From a virus (taxonomy: Duplodnaviria > Heunggongvirae > Uroviricota > Caudoviricetes), in IMG/VR virus record IMGVR_UViG_3300007169_000056: DNA of 64,000 nucleotides; one strand, given 5' to 3'. Every line of letters begins with the position of its first letter. The first letter of the stretch is position 1. The translations under genes and the position numbers were made by a program. The notes beneath the pieces were generated by a model that saw nothing but the letters and a program-made list of their open reading frames with translations, was not told the origin of the DNA and made no database searches. Of the stretch, positions 63,876 through 64,000 are shown piece after piece.

Positions 63876-64000
63876 ATGATATCTCAATTACATCATCACG
63901 AAAGCCATAAATTTCTAACTGATATAGGCTTTGTTGCCCGACCACTATTAGGTGATAATCAACGAATTGCATATGATTATCCGGGTTCCGTATCAATTGT
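63876..64000 (+). CDS. 5-prime fragment of a hypothetical gene truncated by the window end
   Basis: ATG after the terminator, open to the window edge. Confidence 0.25.
   Translation, partial: MISQLHHHESHKFLTDIGFVARPLLGDNQRIAYDYPGSVSI

Noticed and set aside
1-64000. Prophage or integrative element boundaries (integrase, att repeats, transposases)
   Set aside because: No integrase, recombinase, transposase or flanking host genes. Gene content and density look like a virulent phage, so no mobile_element feature is called.

Overview
This 64-kb window reads as a contiguous piece of a large virulent dsDNA bacteriophage genome, with about 140 tightly packed genes, almost all on the + strand. I found no integrase, transposase, rRNA, tRNA or CRISPR array. 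Translation signals are AGGA-type Shine-Dalgarno sites, many promoters look like host sigma70 promoters (TTGACT, 16-17 nt, TAnnnT), and there are six clean rho-independent terminators. Recognisable genes fall into five groups. (1) NAD+ metabolism: NAMPT, a bifunctional NMNAT-Nudix, NadE and Prs. (2) Nucleotide or ADP-ribose signal processing domains: Nudix, NADAR, Nuc_deoxyrib_tr-like, SLOG-like, HD, a dual-specificity phosphatase and two metallophosphoesterases. (3) DNA and nucleotide enzymes: ATP-dependent ligase, dCMP deaminase, inorganic pyrophosphatase, a DEDD exonuclease, P-loop kinases, a SpoU methylase and a radical SAM protein. (4) A glycan/methyl modification block (an LpxH-like enzyme, three putative glycosyltransferases (one low-confidence), two class I methyltransferases, GNAT, SET domain) flanking a minus-strand collagen-like tail fibre. 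(5) More than 60 small ORFs of unknown function. The most unusual structure that no standard feature type explains is a 7.5-kb array of at least 17 small genes (43.4-50.8 kb). Its gene junctions carry a nucleotide-level conserved AAGGATTGATATGA-type cassette that is kept regardless of reading-frame phase. The array is bracketed by a direct repeat of about 185 bp with a 36-nt identical core. Other structures are a thrice-repeated upstream module of about 55 bp at the left end, a family of at least four near-identical promoter elements before small genes between NAMPT and NadE, and several promoters placed so that their transcripts would be leaderless. The NAD/ADP-ribose gene set looks like a multi-layer counter-defence arsenal. 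NAMPT plus NMNAT matches the published phage NAD-reconstitution logic. NadE, NADAR, SLOG, Nuc_deoxyrib_tr, PTH2 and the small genes with repeated promoters are additions I cannot match to any described system.
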